Positions 49,957 to 59,783 of a stretch of DNA of 64,000 bases are shown here, in pieces. The notes below the pieces were generated by a model. That model was not told the origin of the DNA. It saw nothing but the letters and a program-made list of their open reading frames with translations, and did no database searches. The stretch is from an uncultured Acidimicrobiia bacterium. GTDB taxonomy: Bacteria; Actinomycetota; Acidimicrobiia; Spongiisociales; JAENVV01. The translations under genes were made by a program, and so were the position numbers. Location: assembly GCA_963835515.1 (NCBI GenBank), contig CAWIFX010000021.1, forward strand, positions 4,951 through 68,950, read 5' to 3'. Positions within the stretch are counted from its first letter, which is position 1. Each line of letters opens with the position of its first letter.

Positions 49957-51318
49957 GTGTCAGGCGATAATCCCATCAGGTTTTTGATCATCGGCGGCGG
50001 GCCTGCTGGCACCATGGCGGCGACTGTGGCGGCGTCCCTCGGCGCAAAAGTGACGCTGGTGGAGTCATCGATCATCGGCGGGGCGGCCCACCTGTGGGAC
50101 TGCATCCCGTCCAAGACGATGGTTGCCTCGTCGATCCGGATGAACTCGATTCGTAATGCCGAGAAGCTCGGGTTCGCGGCCGATCAGAGCCCGGTGGATC
50201 TCAAACGTTTGGCCGCTCGCATCGACACCATCGCGACGGATCTGTCCGAGAACACGTCGGAGGTTCTCGAAGATCAGGGGGTACGACTGATCAAGGGAAT
50301 GGGCCGGTTCGTTGGTCCGCATCAGGCGATTGCGACTACAGCCGACGGTGACATCGACATCGAATTTGACGTGGCGCTCATCTCAACCGGCTCGGCTCCT
50401 CGGGTTCCCGACTGGGCAACCGTCGACGGAACCCGGATCATCACAACCCGGGAGGCCTATCACCTCGGCGAGGTCCCAGAGCACATGATCGTGGTCGGCT
50501 CGGGTGTTACCGGGGTCGAGTTCGTGAGCATCTTTGCCTCGATGGGGTCGCAGGTCACTCTCCTCGTTAGCCGCCAACAGGTCCTGCCGCATCGCGACGC
50601 CGAGGTTGCCGCCGCCCTTGAGGAGGACTTTCTCGAAAGAGGAGTCAAACTCCTCAAAGGTGCCAGGGCCATCGCAGCCGAACTTACGGACGACGGCGTT
50701 GTGGTTTCCGCCGATGATGGACGATCCGTAACGGGCTCGCATGTTCTGTTGGCGATTGGATCCATCCCGCTCACCACGGACCTCGGTCTCGAAGCTGCCG
50801 GAGTCCAAGACGACCATGGGTTCGTTCCGGTCGACGAATTTCAACGAACCAACGTTCCGCATATCTACGCAGCCGGTGACGTGACTGGCAAGTTGCCGCT
50901 GTCATCGGTGGCCTCCATGCAGGGGCGCAAGCTGGCGCGCCACGCGCTCGGCCACCAGGTCAAACCACTCGACTATTCAAAGGTTGCCCAGGCGATTTTC
51001 GCTGAGCCTGAAATCGCTTCGGTGGGTCTCGAGGAGGCAGACCTCGCCGCGGCCGGCAGACGAATCCGCAGCACCAAGGTCCCATTTGCGTCCAACAGCC
51101 GATCGGTCATTCAGGGCCAGGAGCGGGGGTTCGTTAAGGTGTTTTCGGACCCGGCCACCCACGAGGTACTCGGCGGTACGATCGTCGGCCACCGGGCTTC
51201 GGAGCTGATCGGCATTCTCGCCTTGGCAGTACAAGGGCGACTCCACGTCGAGACGCTTGTCGAGACGCTCATGGTCCATCCATCCTTATCGGAGAGTTTG
51301 ACCGAAGCTGCCGACTGA
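49957..51318 (+). CDS. FAD-dependent pyridine nucleotide-disulfide oxidoreductase, LpdA-like with a single active-site Cys
   Basis: IIGGGPAG FAD loop and a second GSGVTGVEF loop. The active-site region reads GGAAHLWDCIPSK (one Cys instead of CxxxxC). C-terminal HPSLSE. Confidence 0.88.
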   Translation: MSGDNPIRFLIIGGGPAGTMAATVAASLGAKVTLVESSIIGGAAHLWDCIPSKTMVASSIRMNSIRNAEKLGFAADQSPVDLKRLAARIDTIATDLSENTSEVLEDQGVRLIKGMGRFVGPHQAIATTADGDIDIEFDVALISTGSAPRVPDWATVDGTRIITTREAYHLGEVPEHMIVVGSGVTGVEFVSIFASMGSQVTLLVSRQQVLPHRDAEVAAALEEDFLERGVKLLKGARAIAAELTDDGVVVSADDGRSVTGSHVLLAIGSIPLTTDLGLEAAGVQDDHGFVPVDEFQRTNVPHIYAAGDVTGKLPLSSVASMQGRKLARHALGHQVKPLDYSKVAQAIFAEPEIASVGLEEADLAAAGRRIRSTKVPFASNSRSVIQGQERGFVKVFSDPATHEVLGGTIVGHRASELIGILALAVQGRLHVETLVETLMVHPSLSESLTEAAD

Positions 51319-51322
51319 CTGG

Positions 51323-53077
51323 CTAGCGGACGATGGCGATGACCTGACCGGGGGTAACGGTGTCGCCCGCCTGGGCGCGGAGTTCAACCACCTCGCCACT
51401 GATCGGCGACTTGACCTCGTTCTCCATCTTCATGGCTTCGAGCACGCAGATCGGTGACCCTTCCTGCACCCGGTCACCGGCCGCCACCGTCACTTTTACG
51501 ATGGTGCCTTGCATTGGTGCGGCGATGACACCGGCATCGATGCCACCTGCCTCCTTGCCGGCTTTGGCTAGTTTCGGGGGTCGGCGCCGTGCCGAGGGGC
51601 GGCGATCGGAACTGGAAACGGCAGCTTCGGGAGCCCAGAAGGTGACGTCGAATCGGCGGCCCCCAACTTCGACCGTCATGTTGCGCTGGCTGGTGGCCTC
51701 GTCCGTGGGAAGCGTGCCAGAAACCGGTTGGGGAGATCCGGAGAAGTCAAGGTCTTGCTCGACGAATTTGGTGTGGTGCTGGCCACTCGTAAACGTCTCA
51801 TGCTCAAGGATCAGGCGGTGGGCCGGGATAGTGGTCGCCACCCCGGTTATAACGTATTCGGACAAGACGCCGCGTGCCCGGGCAATGGCCTCATCCCTGG
51901 TGGAGCCCCATACGATGAGCTTGGCTATGAGATTGTCGTAGTACTGGGTGACCCTGGTGCCGGCGGTGACCCATCCGTCGACCCGGACGCCGAAGCCGGC
52001 CGGTTCGCGATACTCGACAATCTGGCCGGGGCTGGGCAGAAAGCCGGATGCTGGGTCTTCGGCGTTGATGCGGAACTCGATCGCGTGACCCCGCGGGTTG
52101 ATGTCTCCGAGATCAGCGTCCTCGCCCGAGGCGATGCGCAATTGGGCGTGAACCATGTCGATGCCGGTGACCATCTCGGTCACGGTGTGTTCAACCTGCA
52201 GGCGGGTGTTCATCTCCAGGAAATAGAGGGATCCGTCCTCGTCCATGAGGAACTCGATGGTCCCGGCGTTGCGGTAGTCACAGGCAGCTGCGACCTTCCG
52301 GGCAGCTTCGGCTAGCTCGGTCCGCTGAGCATCGGTCATGCCAAAGGCCGGGGTCTCTTCGATCAGTTTCTGGTGGCGTCGTTGCACGGAGCAGTCCCGT
52401 TCGCCGAGAAAATGGGTTACCCCGTCGGCGTCGGTAAGAATCTGCGCTTCGATGTGTCGGGGCCGTTCTAGGTACTTCTCGACATAGACGGCCGGGTTCC
52501 CGAAGTAGGCATCGGCTTCCCGTTTGGCTCCCTCGAAGGCCTCTGCGAGCTGGTCGGCCGAAGCCACAACACGGAGGCCCTTACCTCCTCCGCCATGGGC
52601 GGCCTTGATGGCGACGGGGTATCCGAATTCGGCTGCTGCGGCTGCCACATCTTCGACTGACGTCAACGGCTCTACAGTTCCTGGGACCGAACGAACCCCC
52701 GCGGCAGCGACCGCCCGGCGGGAGGCGATCTTGTCGCCCATCGTGTGGATGGCCGCGGGCGGTGGTCCGACCCAGATGAGACCGGCATCGAGCACTGCTT
52801 GGGCGAACGTCCCGTTCTCGGCGAGAAAACCATATCCCGGGTGAATGGCCGAGGCCTTCGCTTCCCTGGCTACTCGAAGAATCTGTTCACTGTTGAGGTA
52901 GGACTCGGCTGCGGGAGCCGGCCCGATCGCCCAGGCTTCGTCGGCCAGCTGGACGTGGGGGGCGTCGCGGTCGAGGTCTGAATAAACCGCGATCGTACGG
53001 ACTCCGAGATCGCGGGCACTGCGGATGATCCGGACGGCAATTTCGCCCCGATTCGCAACGAGGACGGATTCGATCAC
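51323..53077 (-). CDS. Acyl-CoA (acetyl/propionyl-CoA) carboxylase alpha subunit: biotin carboxylase + biotinyl carrier domain
   Basis: [13 protein letters not shown], an ATP-grasp region, and the C-terminal [10 protein letters not shown] biotinylation motif. GTGA overlap with the beta subunit gene. Confidence 0.92.
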   Translation of the reverse strand: MIESVLVANRGEIAVRIIRSARDLGVRTIAVYSDLDRDAPHVQLADEAWAIGPAPAAESYLNSEQILRVAREAKASAIHPGYGFLAENGTFAQAVLDAGLIWVGPPPAAIHTMGDKIASRRAVAAAGVRSVPGTVEPLTSVEDVAAAAAEFGYPVAIKAAHGGGGKGLRVVASADQLAEAFEGAKREADAYFGNPAVYVEKYLERPRHIEAQILTDADGVTHFLGERDCSVQRRHQKLIEETPAFGMTDAQRTELAEAARKVAAACDYRNAGTIEFLMDEDGSLYFLEMNTRLQVEHTVTEMVTGIDMVHAQLRIASGEDADLGDINPRGHAIEFRINAEDPASGFLPSPGQIVEYREPAGFGVRVDGWVTAGTRVTQYYDNLIAKLIVWGSTRDEAIARARGVLSEYVITGVATTIPAHRLILEHETFTSGQHHTKFVEQDLDFSGSPQPVSGTLPTDEATSQRNMTVEVGGRRFDVTFWAPEAAVSSSDRRPSARRRPPKLAKAGKEAGGIDAGVIAAPMQGTIVKVTVAAGDRVQEGSPICVLEAMKMENEVKSPISGEVVELRAQAGDTVTPGQVIAIVR

Positions 53078-54624
53078 AGTGGAATGTTCCCGTGCTTTTT
53101 GGGCGGCAGCGTCTGGCGCTTGTTCCGCAACATGTCGAGTGAACGAATCAGCCGAATCCGGGTATCACGCGGTTCGATCACGTCGTCAACCAAACCAAGT
53201 TCGGCGGCGCGATAAGGATTGTTGAACGCGTGTTCATATTCCTGGATGAGTTCTTGTCGGCGTTCGTCAACATCTTCGGCCTCGCTCAGGGTCTTACGGT
53301 GGATGATGTTAACCGCCCCGGGTGCGCCCATGACGGCGATCTGGGCCGAGGGCCAGGCATAGACCATGTCGGCGCCGATTCCGCGAGCATTCATGACGAG
53401 GTAGGCGCCACCATAAGACTTTCGGGTAATCACCGTAATGCGAGGAACGGTCGCTTCGCAGTAGGCATAGAGAAGTTTGGCGCCGTGGCGAATAATGCCG
53501 CGATGCTCCTGCTCGACGCCCGGCATGAACCCGGGCACGTCGACGAACGTGACGAGTGGAATGTTGAAGGCGTCGCAGAATCGCACGAACCGGGCGCTCT
53601 TTTCGGAAGCGCTGATGTCGAGCGTGCCTGCCATGGAACTCGGCTGGTTGCCGACCACGCCGACGGTGTATCCATCGAGACGCGCCAGTCCTGTGACGAT
53701 GTTTGTTGCGAAGGCTTCGTGGACTTGATAGAACTCGCCGTCGTCGACTATCTCCTCGATGAGGTCAACCATGTCATACGGCTGGTTCGGCGAGTCGGGG
53801 ATGATGGAGTCAAGGGCGTCGATGGTTCGGTCAGGAGCGTCGGTCGCCGCAAAGAACGGCGGGACTTCCATGTTGTTTTGCGGGAGGAAGCTCACCAGGT
53901 AGCGCACCTCTTCGAGCGCCTCCTCTTCGGAGGCGCATACGAAATGGGTCACGCCCGAGATAGAGGCATGGGCGTGAGCTCCACCTAGTTCCTCCATCGA
54001 AACGTCCTCGCCGGTCACTGTCTTAATGACCTCAGGGCCGGTGATGAAAAGGTGCGACGTTCCGTCGACCTGAAAGATGAAGTCCGTTATGGCCGGCGAA
54101 TAGACCGCCCCACCCGCGCACGGTCCCATGATGACGGAGATCTGAGGGATTACGCCCGACGCCCGTACGTTGCGGTAGAAGATACGACCGTATCCATCGA
54201 GGGCGTCGACCCCCTCCTGGATCCTGGCGCCACCTGAATCTTTCAAGCCGATCACTGGCGCGCCGACTTCCATGGCCATGTCGAGCACTTTGCAGATTTT
54301 CTCGGAGACGGCCTGGCCGAGAGATCCTCCGAATACGGTGAAATCTTCGGCGAACACGAACACGGTGCGGCCATCGATGGTTCCCCATCCGGTAATCACT
54401 GCGTCCCCGGGTGGACGTTGACCCTCGAGTCCAAAACCGGAGGCCTGATGGCGAACGAACATATCGAGTTCCTCGAAAGAACCCTTGTCGAGCAGTAACC
54501 CGAGGCGTTCGCGCGCGGTCAGCTTGCCTTGATCGTGCTGGCGGTCAACCGCCCTCTGGCTTCCCGCATGCTGAGCTTCCTCGCGCAAAAGCCGCAGGCG
54601 CTCGATGTGTTGTTCGGTGCCCAA
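53074..54624 (-). CDS. pccB: Acyl-CoA carboxylase beta subunit (carboxyltransferase, PccB/AccD5-like)
   Basis: Full-length carboxyltransferase (TARERLGLLLD..., FGGSLG, MGPCAGGAVYSPA, VTFVDVPGFMPG). Confidence 0.92.
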   Translation of the reverse strand: MGTEQHIERLRLLREEAQHAGSQRAVDRQHDQGKLTARERLGLLLDKGSFEELDMFVRHQASGFGLEGQRPPGDAVITGWGTIDGRTVFVFAEDFTVFGGSLGQAVSEKICKVLDMAMEVGAPVIGLKDSGGARIQEGVDALDGYGRIFYRNVRASGVIPQISVIMGPCAGGAVYSPAITDFIFQVDGTSHLFITGPEVIKTVTGEDVSMEELGGAHAHASISGVTHFVCASEEEALEEVRYLVSFLPQNNMEVPPFFAATDAPDRTIDALDSIIPDSPNQPYDMVDLIEEIVDDGEFYQVHEAFATNIVTGLARLDGYTVGVVGNQPSSMAGTLDISASEKSARFVRFCDAFNIPLVTFVDVPGFMPGVEQEHRGIIRHGAKLLYAYCEATVPRITVITRKSYGGAYLVMNARGIGADMVYAWPSAQIAVMGAPGAVNIIHRKTLSEAEDVDERRQELIQEYEHAFNNPYRAAELGLVDDVIEPRDTRIRLIRSLDMLRNKRQTLPPKKHGNIPL

Positions 54625-54672
54625 CGCTTACTCCCGGTTTAGGGTTCTGTTCACTTCGACTCGCGAGGTTCG

Positions 54673-55356
54673 GTGATGGATACACCCTACGTTTTCGAAT
54701 GGTTAGAGGAAACTAGCTCTACGCAGGATGATGCGCGCGGACTCTTTGCCGATATACCGGTCGTGGTGGCCGCCGCTGCTCAGTCCGGGGGACGGGGTCG
54801 TGGTGATCGGCGATGGGAAACGGCTCCGCGGGCTCTCGCGATTTCCGTGTGTTGGGCCCCGCGATGGGACCCGGTGCATTTCGGTCGGCTTCCCTTGGTC
54901 GCCGGATTGTCTGCCAGCGACGTCGTCGAAGCGGGGTTGAAGTGGCCGAATGATCTGGTCGATAAGAGTGGCGCCAAGGTGGGCGGCATTCTGGCCGAGT
55001 CGTCGGGGCCAGTCGTGACTATCGGCCTGGGCCTCAACCTGTACTGGCCGGGAGCACCGGAAGGCTATGCGGCTCTGTTTCCCGCCGATCCGGGTCGACG
55101 GGAGGATCTGGCCCGGGCATTTGCGGATCGACTGTTGGAACGGGTCGGTTACGGGAGCGACCAGTGGGACCGGGCAGGTTATGCGGCTAGATGTGTGACG
55201 CTCGGATCGACGGTGACCTGGCAACCGTCCGGCACTGGGGAGGCGGTTGGCATCGGCGAAGGCGGCGAGCTCATCGTTAGGACGGCGGACGGTAACAAGT
55301 CCCTGGTCACCGGCGAGGTGTGGGGGGTTCGTCCTGTGGTACCTCCCACCACCTAG
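54673..55356 (+). CDS. birA: Biotin--[acetyl-CoA-carboxylase] ligase (class I, no DNA-binding domain)
   Basis: SGGRGRGDRRWE (GRGRxGRxW) and LKWPNDL motifs. It lies divergent from the carboxylase operon. Confidence 0.85.
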   Translation: MMDTPYVFEWLEETSSTQDDARGLFADIPVVVAAAAQSGGRGRGDRRWETAPRALAISVCWAPRWDPVHFGRLPLVAGLSASDVVEAGLKWPNDLVDKSGAKVGGILAESSGPVVTIGLGLNLYWPGAPEGYAALFPADPGRREDLARAFADRLLERVGYGSDQWDRAGYAARCVTLGSTVTWQPSGTGEAVGIGEGGELIVRTADGNKSLVTGEVWGVRPVVPPTT

Positions 55357-55405
55357 CTGGCGTACTCCAGCGGCTACGCTTCTGCTGCACACCAAGGAGA
55401 TCGAC

Positions 55406-56161
55406 GTGGCGGTTCTTCCACACGAGGGCACCTACAACATCCTGTTCCACCCGTATGCCATCCCGGTCGGGAGTGGCACGCGCACTGGCTACCTGGCGCG
55501 CCCGGACCAGATCGGAAACTACCCGGCGGTGGTAATCCTGCCCGGGATCTTCGGTCTCGGTTCCTTCGAAAAGGAACTTGCCAGGCGGTTGGCCAGGCAC
55601 GGTTTTGTGGCTGTTTCGTTTGATCCATACTCGGCTCCTCTGGCGTCAGGGGCAACGCTTGACGACGCCTTGACTGCCTACAGCACGCTGGATGATCGAA
55701 GAGCTCTAACGGACATCGATCGCGCCATCGATTTTGCGATCGCTGGTGCTGCGGACTTCACGGTTGGGGGTCCGGTCGGTCTTGTCGGAGTCGACACCGG
55801 CGGTCGATTTGCGCTGCTGTACGCCGCGGAACGTGCTCGAGTCGCGGCGCTTGTGGTGATTCATGCGCCTCTAGCCGGCGATGACCAGCGAAGCCACACA
55901 GTCAAAAGTGCCCTCGAGCGCATCGTGGTTCCGGTGCTGGGTTTGTACGGGGCCGACGATGAGCACATTCCGTCGGAAGGAGTCGATGTGGCCGCGAGTC
56001 TGAATTCCTCCGGGCAGTGGATCGTCTACGAAGCTGCGCAACACGACTTCATGGATCCCGACAGTGACCAGTTCCATTCCGGTGCCGCGTCCGATGCGGC
56101 GGCACGAATTCCCCGGTTCCTTTCGTCGACACTTCCGAAGCCTGAAATCAGTGACTACTGA
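55406..56161 (+). CDS. Dienelactone hydrolase family protein
   Basis: GTG at 55406 with AAGGAGA 6 nt upstream. YPAVVILPGIFGL... and the overall DLH-like layout. The upstream part of ORF 55247 overlaps birA. Confidence 0.78.
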   Translation: MAVLPHEGTYNILFHPYAIPVGSGTRTGYLARPDQIGNYPAVVILPGIFGLGSFEKELARRLARHGFVAVSFDPYSAPLASGATLDDALTAYSTLDDRRALTDIDRAIDFAIAGAADFTVGGPVGLVGVDTGGRFALLYAAERARVAALVVIHAPLAGDDQRSHTVKSALERIVVPVLGLYGADDEHIPSEGVDVAASLNSSGQWIVYEAAQHDFMDPDSDQFHSGAASDAAARIPRFLSSTLPKPEISDY

Positions 56162-56204
56162 AATCGGCGCCGGAGCTGCGTCACGGTCAATGATCTGAGC
56201 CGGA

Positions 56205-57507
56205 ATGACGAAGCGAACGGATACCTGGACCTGGATCAAGCGCAGCATCGTGACTGCTCTGGTCCTCGCCAATCTGATGGTCGGATATGCCTTGTGGCAG
56301 CTAAACCAGGTTTCTGACCAATTGGCCAGTTTCACGACGGTCCCACAGCTCGACGACGTGTTGACCGTGGCTCCGGAGGATCCGGGCGACCCCGTAACCT
56401 TCCTGATGCTGGGTTCGGATTCTCGTGAGAACCTGCCAGATGACTGGGTGGGTGACTTTGGGGCTTTCCAGGGCCAACGTGCCGACGTCATCATGGTCGT
56501 CCGAGCATTTCCCGAGTCGGGCACGATGCAGCTGCTGAGCCTCCCGCGCGACTTGCGCGTGGACATCGATGGCTACGGCGTGCAAAAGGTCAACGCCGCC
56601 TATGCATTCGGGGGAGCCAATCTCATGGTTTCCACCGTTCAGCGAGAGCTCGGAATACCGATCCACCACTATGTCGAGATCGATTTTGTCGGCTTCGCCG
56701 GATTGGTGGATCAGCTCGGCGGACTCACCATCGACTTTCCGTATCAGGCCCGGGACCTCAAGAGCGGACTCGCTGCAGACGCGGGTAGTCAACGCCTCGA
56801 TGGTCGCATGGCACTTGCCTATGCCCGCTCTCGTTCCTACCAAGAGTCGCGAGACGGCCAATGGGTCTCGGCCGACGCCAACGACATAGGTAGGACCAGG
56901 AGGCAGCAGCAACTGCTCGGGGCGATGCTCAGTCAGCTAAAGCGGCCCTCAAACGTGATTGGAGTCCAGTCGCTCGTGGCTGAGCTATCCCAGTTCATGG
57001 TGGTTGACCCCAACTTCAACGAACTCGACCTTGTGTCGCTGGCCTTCGCGTTTCCGGAGTTTTGGCACGGATAATCTTGTGGCGTCGACGTTGCCAACCC
57101 ACACGGAGATCATCGACGGGATCTACTACGAGATTCGTGATGAACCTGCGGCTACCGAAGCGATATCGGCCTTTGGGGAGGTTGGCCCGCAGGCTTCCAG
57201 TCAGGACACCATCCCGACCACGACGCTTCCGCAGACGCTCACGATCGAAGTCGCCAATGGCAACGGAACCCCCGGGTCGGCAACTCGATGGGCTGATGCG
57301 CTGGTGGATATGGGCTTTGAGGTGGTTTCCGTTGGCGACTATGACTCGTTTGCGGTGCCAGTTACCCAGATCGTGAGTCCGGCGGGATCGGGGTTCGGCG
57401 AGCGAGTCCTTGAGCGGCTTGGGTTCGGCGAGGTGATTGCTGGCAGCCCGAGCAGCTCGCACGTTCTCGTCATTCTTGGTGCCGACTCGGTCAATCAGCC
57501 GGGCTAG
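56205..57507 (+). pseudogene. LCP (LytR-CpsA-Psr) family glycopolymer ligase with LytR_C domain, frameshifted in a T4 run near 57060
   Basis: ORF 56205..57074 has a TM anchor plus LCP motifs (FLMLGSDSRE, RADVIMVV, SLPRDL, ALAYARSR). ORF 56959..57507, in another frame, continues GTDNLVASTLP... and carries the LytR_C domain (TIEVANGNGTPGSA). Confidence 0.85.
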
Positions 57508-57531
57508 CCGTGCCTCGTCGTCAATCGCGCC

Positions 57532-57567
57532 TGGTTCATGCGACACGCCTCGTGGTTCATGCGACAC
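57532..57567 (+). promoter_or_regulatory. Two perfect 15-bp direct repeats TGGTTCATGCGACAC spaced 21 bp apart, upstream of ugd
   Basis: Read directly: copies at 57532-57546 and 57553-57567. The second ends 36 nt before the ugd ATG. Confidence 0.3.
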
Positions 57568-57602
57568 CCCACTAGGTTGATGCCGACTCTCAGGGGGTAC
57601 TC

Positions 57603-58853
57603 ATGCGCGTCGCCGTCATAGGTGCAGGATATGTCGGACTTATTCAGGCGGTTGGCCTGGCCCACATCGGGCATGATGTCGTCCTCGCCGAGCGTGACGC
57701 CGAGCGTGTGGCAGCTATCTCAGCCGGTCGATCACCGATTTATGAACCGGGGCTTCCTGAGTTGCTTTCTGCTGCGCTGGCCAATAAATCGCTGACGGTT
57801 ACCACCTCTAATATCGATGCCGTCGAAGGGGCCGAAATCGTCTTTTTGGCCCTGCCAACTCCCCAGGGGAACGAGGGCGAAGCGGACGTCTCTGCCATCT
57901 TTCTCGTTGCCGACGAACTCGCCCCGGTCTTGCCGGTCGGCTGCCTCGTCGTCACCAAGTCGACCGTCCCGGTGGGGACCAACCTGGAAGTCGGAGTACG
58001 TACCGGACGTCCGGTCGCTTCCAATCCGGAGTTCCTTCGGGAGGGCAGTGCGGTTACCGACTTCATGAAGCCGGATCGGATCGTAATCGGAGCTCAGGAC
58101 CGCAGCTACGTTGACAAGCTTGTCGAGTTGTATCGCCCGATCGACGCGCCGATACTCGTGACGGATCTCGTGTCGGCAGAGGTGATCAAGTATGCGGCGA
58201 ATGGCTACCTGGCCGCCCGGGTCACCTACGCCAATGCCATGGCGAATGTCTGCGAGGCGGTCGGGGCGGATGTGCGCGACGTGCTACTCGGGATCGGGTA
58301 TGACCACCGGATCGGATTCTCCTTTATGCGGCCAGGCCCCGGGTTTGGAGGCTCCTGCTTTCCGAAGGACACCAGAGCGTTGGTCAAGTTGGCGGCCGAC
58401 GCCGGCTATGAGTTTTCGCTCATGCGGGGCGTTATCGCCACGAACGAGGAGCAACTGGCGAGGACGTTCGCCAAAGTCGAAGCGGCCGCCGGAGGCAATG
58501 TTCGGGGGTCTCGTGTTGCCGTGTGGGGCCTGGCATTCAAGGCGGGAACCGATGACGTTCGGGAGAGTCCGGCGCTCGCCATCGTTGGTCGACTGGTTGA
58601 CGCAGGTGCCGATGTTGTTGCCTTCGACCCCCAGGCAAGCGTGCCTGGCGTTGCAGCCGCCCCCGACGCGATGGCGGCCGTCGATCACGCCGACGTGCTC
58701 TTGATCGCTACCGAATGGCCACAGTTTCAGCGGTGCGATCTACAGGCTGTAGCCGCCCGGATGCGCGGGTCGGCGATTGTGGATGCCCGGAACCTGCTTG
58801 ATCCGACCGCGGTCAAGGCTGCTGGTTTGACCTACACCGGGGTTGGTCGATGA
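57603..58853 (+). CDS. ugd: UDP-glucose 6-dehydrogenase
   Basis: MRVAVIGAGYVGL, NPEFLREGSA, and GGSCFPKD with the catalytic Cys. Confidence 0.92.
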   Translation: MRVAVIGAGYVGLIQAVGLAHIGHDVVLAERDAERVAAISAGRSPIYEPGLPELLSAALANKSLTVTTSNIDAVEGAEIVFLALPTPQGNEGEADVSAIFLVADELAPVLPVGCLVVTKSTVPVGTNLEVGVRTGRPVASNPEFLREGSAVTDFMKPDRIVIGAQDRSYVDKLVELYRPIDAPILVTDLVSAEVIKYAANGYLAARVTYANAMANVCEAVGADVRDVLLGIGYDHRIGFSFMRPGPGFGGSCFPKDTRALVKLAADAGYEFSLMRGVIATNEEQLARTFAKVEAAAGGNVRGSRVAVWGLAFKAGTDDVRESPALAIVGRLVDAGADVVAFDPQASVPGVAAAPDAMAAVDHADVLLIATEWPQFQRCDLQAVAARMRGSAIVDARNLLDPTAVKAAGLTYTGVGR

Positions 58854-59783
58854 CTGCAAAGTCCAAAGGTCGGGCGCTCGTCACCGGAGGCGCCGGTTTC
58901 CTGGGATGCCACCTCGTGAGACGGTTAGCCCGATGAAGGATGGGACGTCACCGTCCTCGATGATTATTCGTCTCCGTCCCCGCTGGCCGACAATTTGCCG
59001 GCAACGATGGTGGTTGGTTCGGTCGTCGCTCCGCCGTCGCTGGATGGACCGTTCGAGTTGATCTGCCACCTCGCCTCTCCGGCATCGCCTCCCCGCTATC
59101 TCCTCGACCCGGTGGGGACTCTGCGGACGGGAGCCGAAGGTATGCGCCAGGTTTTGGATATGGCTGCTGAATGGGGTGCCCACGTGCTCTTCACGTCCAC
59201 CTCTGAGATATACGGTGACCCGGAGGTCCATCCCCAACCAGAGAGTTACGTTGGCGCCGTTGATGTGCAGGGACCTCGGGCCTGTTACGACGAAGGAAAA
59301 CGATACGCTGAAGCGCTGGTCTACGCCTACCGTCGAGCAGGTCTGCACCGTAGGTCTTCGGTGGTCAGGCTCTTCAACACCTATGGACCAGGCATGCATC
59401 CCGATGACGGACGGGTCGTCACGGCGTTCCTCGGCTCGGCCCTGGCGGGTCAACCGCTCCCGATCTTTGGTGACGGGTCCCAGACGCGTTCATTTTGTTA
59501 CGTCGATGATGTCATCGACGGTCTGATGGGCATTCTGGCCGGGGAGTTTCCCGGTCCTCTGAACATCGGCAACGATGTCGAAGTTTCCATGCTTGAATTG
59601 GCCGACGTCGTCGAGCGCCTGATCGGTTCGACCGGTCGCCAGTTTCTGGCGCTGCCCGATGGGGATCCGAAAGTGCGAAGGCCCGACCTTTCGGCCATCA
59701 GGGAACTGACTGGCTGGAAAGCGACCACCGACCTGGCGACCGGGCTTTCAAACACGATCGCGTACCTGAGAGAGCTCACATGA
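58850..59783 (+). pseudogene. UDP-glucuronate decarboxylase (UDP-xylose synthase-like SDR), frameshifted in a C3 run near 58930
   Basis: The ATG at 58850 overlaps the ugd stop (ATGA) and encodes MTAKSKGRALVTGGAGFLGCHLVRRLAR*. The next frame continues DEGWDVTVLDD...ICHLASPASP...YDEGKR...FNTYGP...GDGSQTRSFCYVDD (ORF 58995..59783). Confidence 0.88.

Noticed and set aside
55247-55405. Upstream extension of the dienelactone hydrolase ORF
   Set aside because: It overlaps the 3' end of birA. The GTG at 55406 has a strong AAGGAGA Shine-Dalgarno sequence at the correct spacing.
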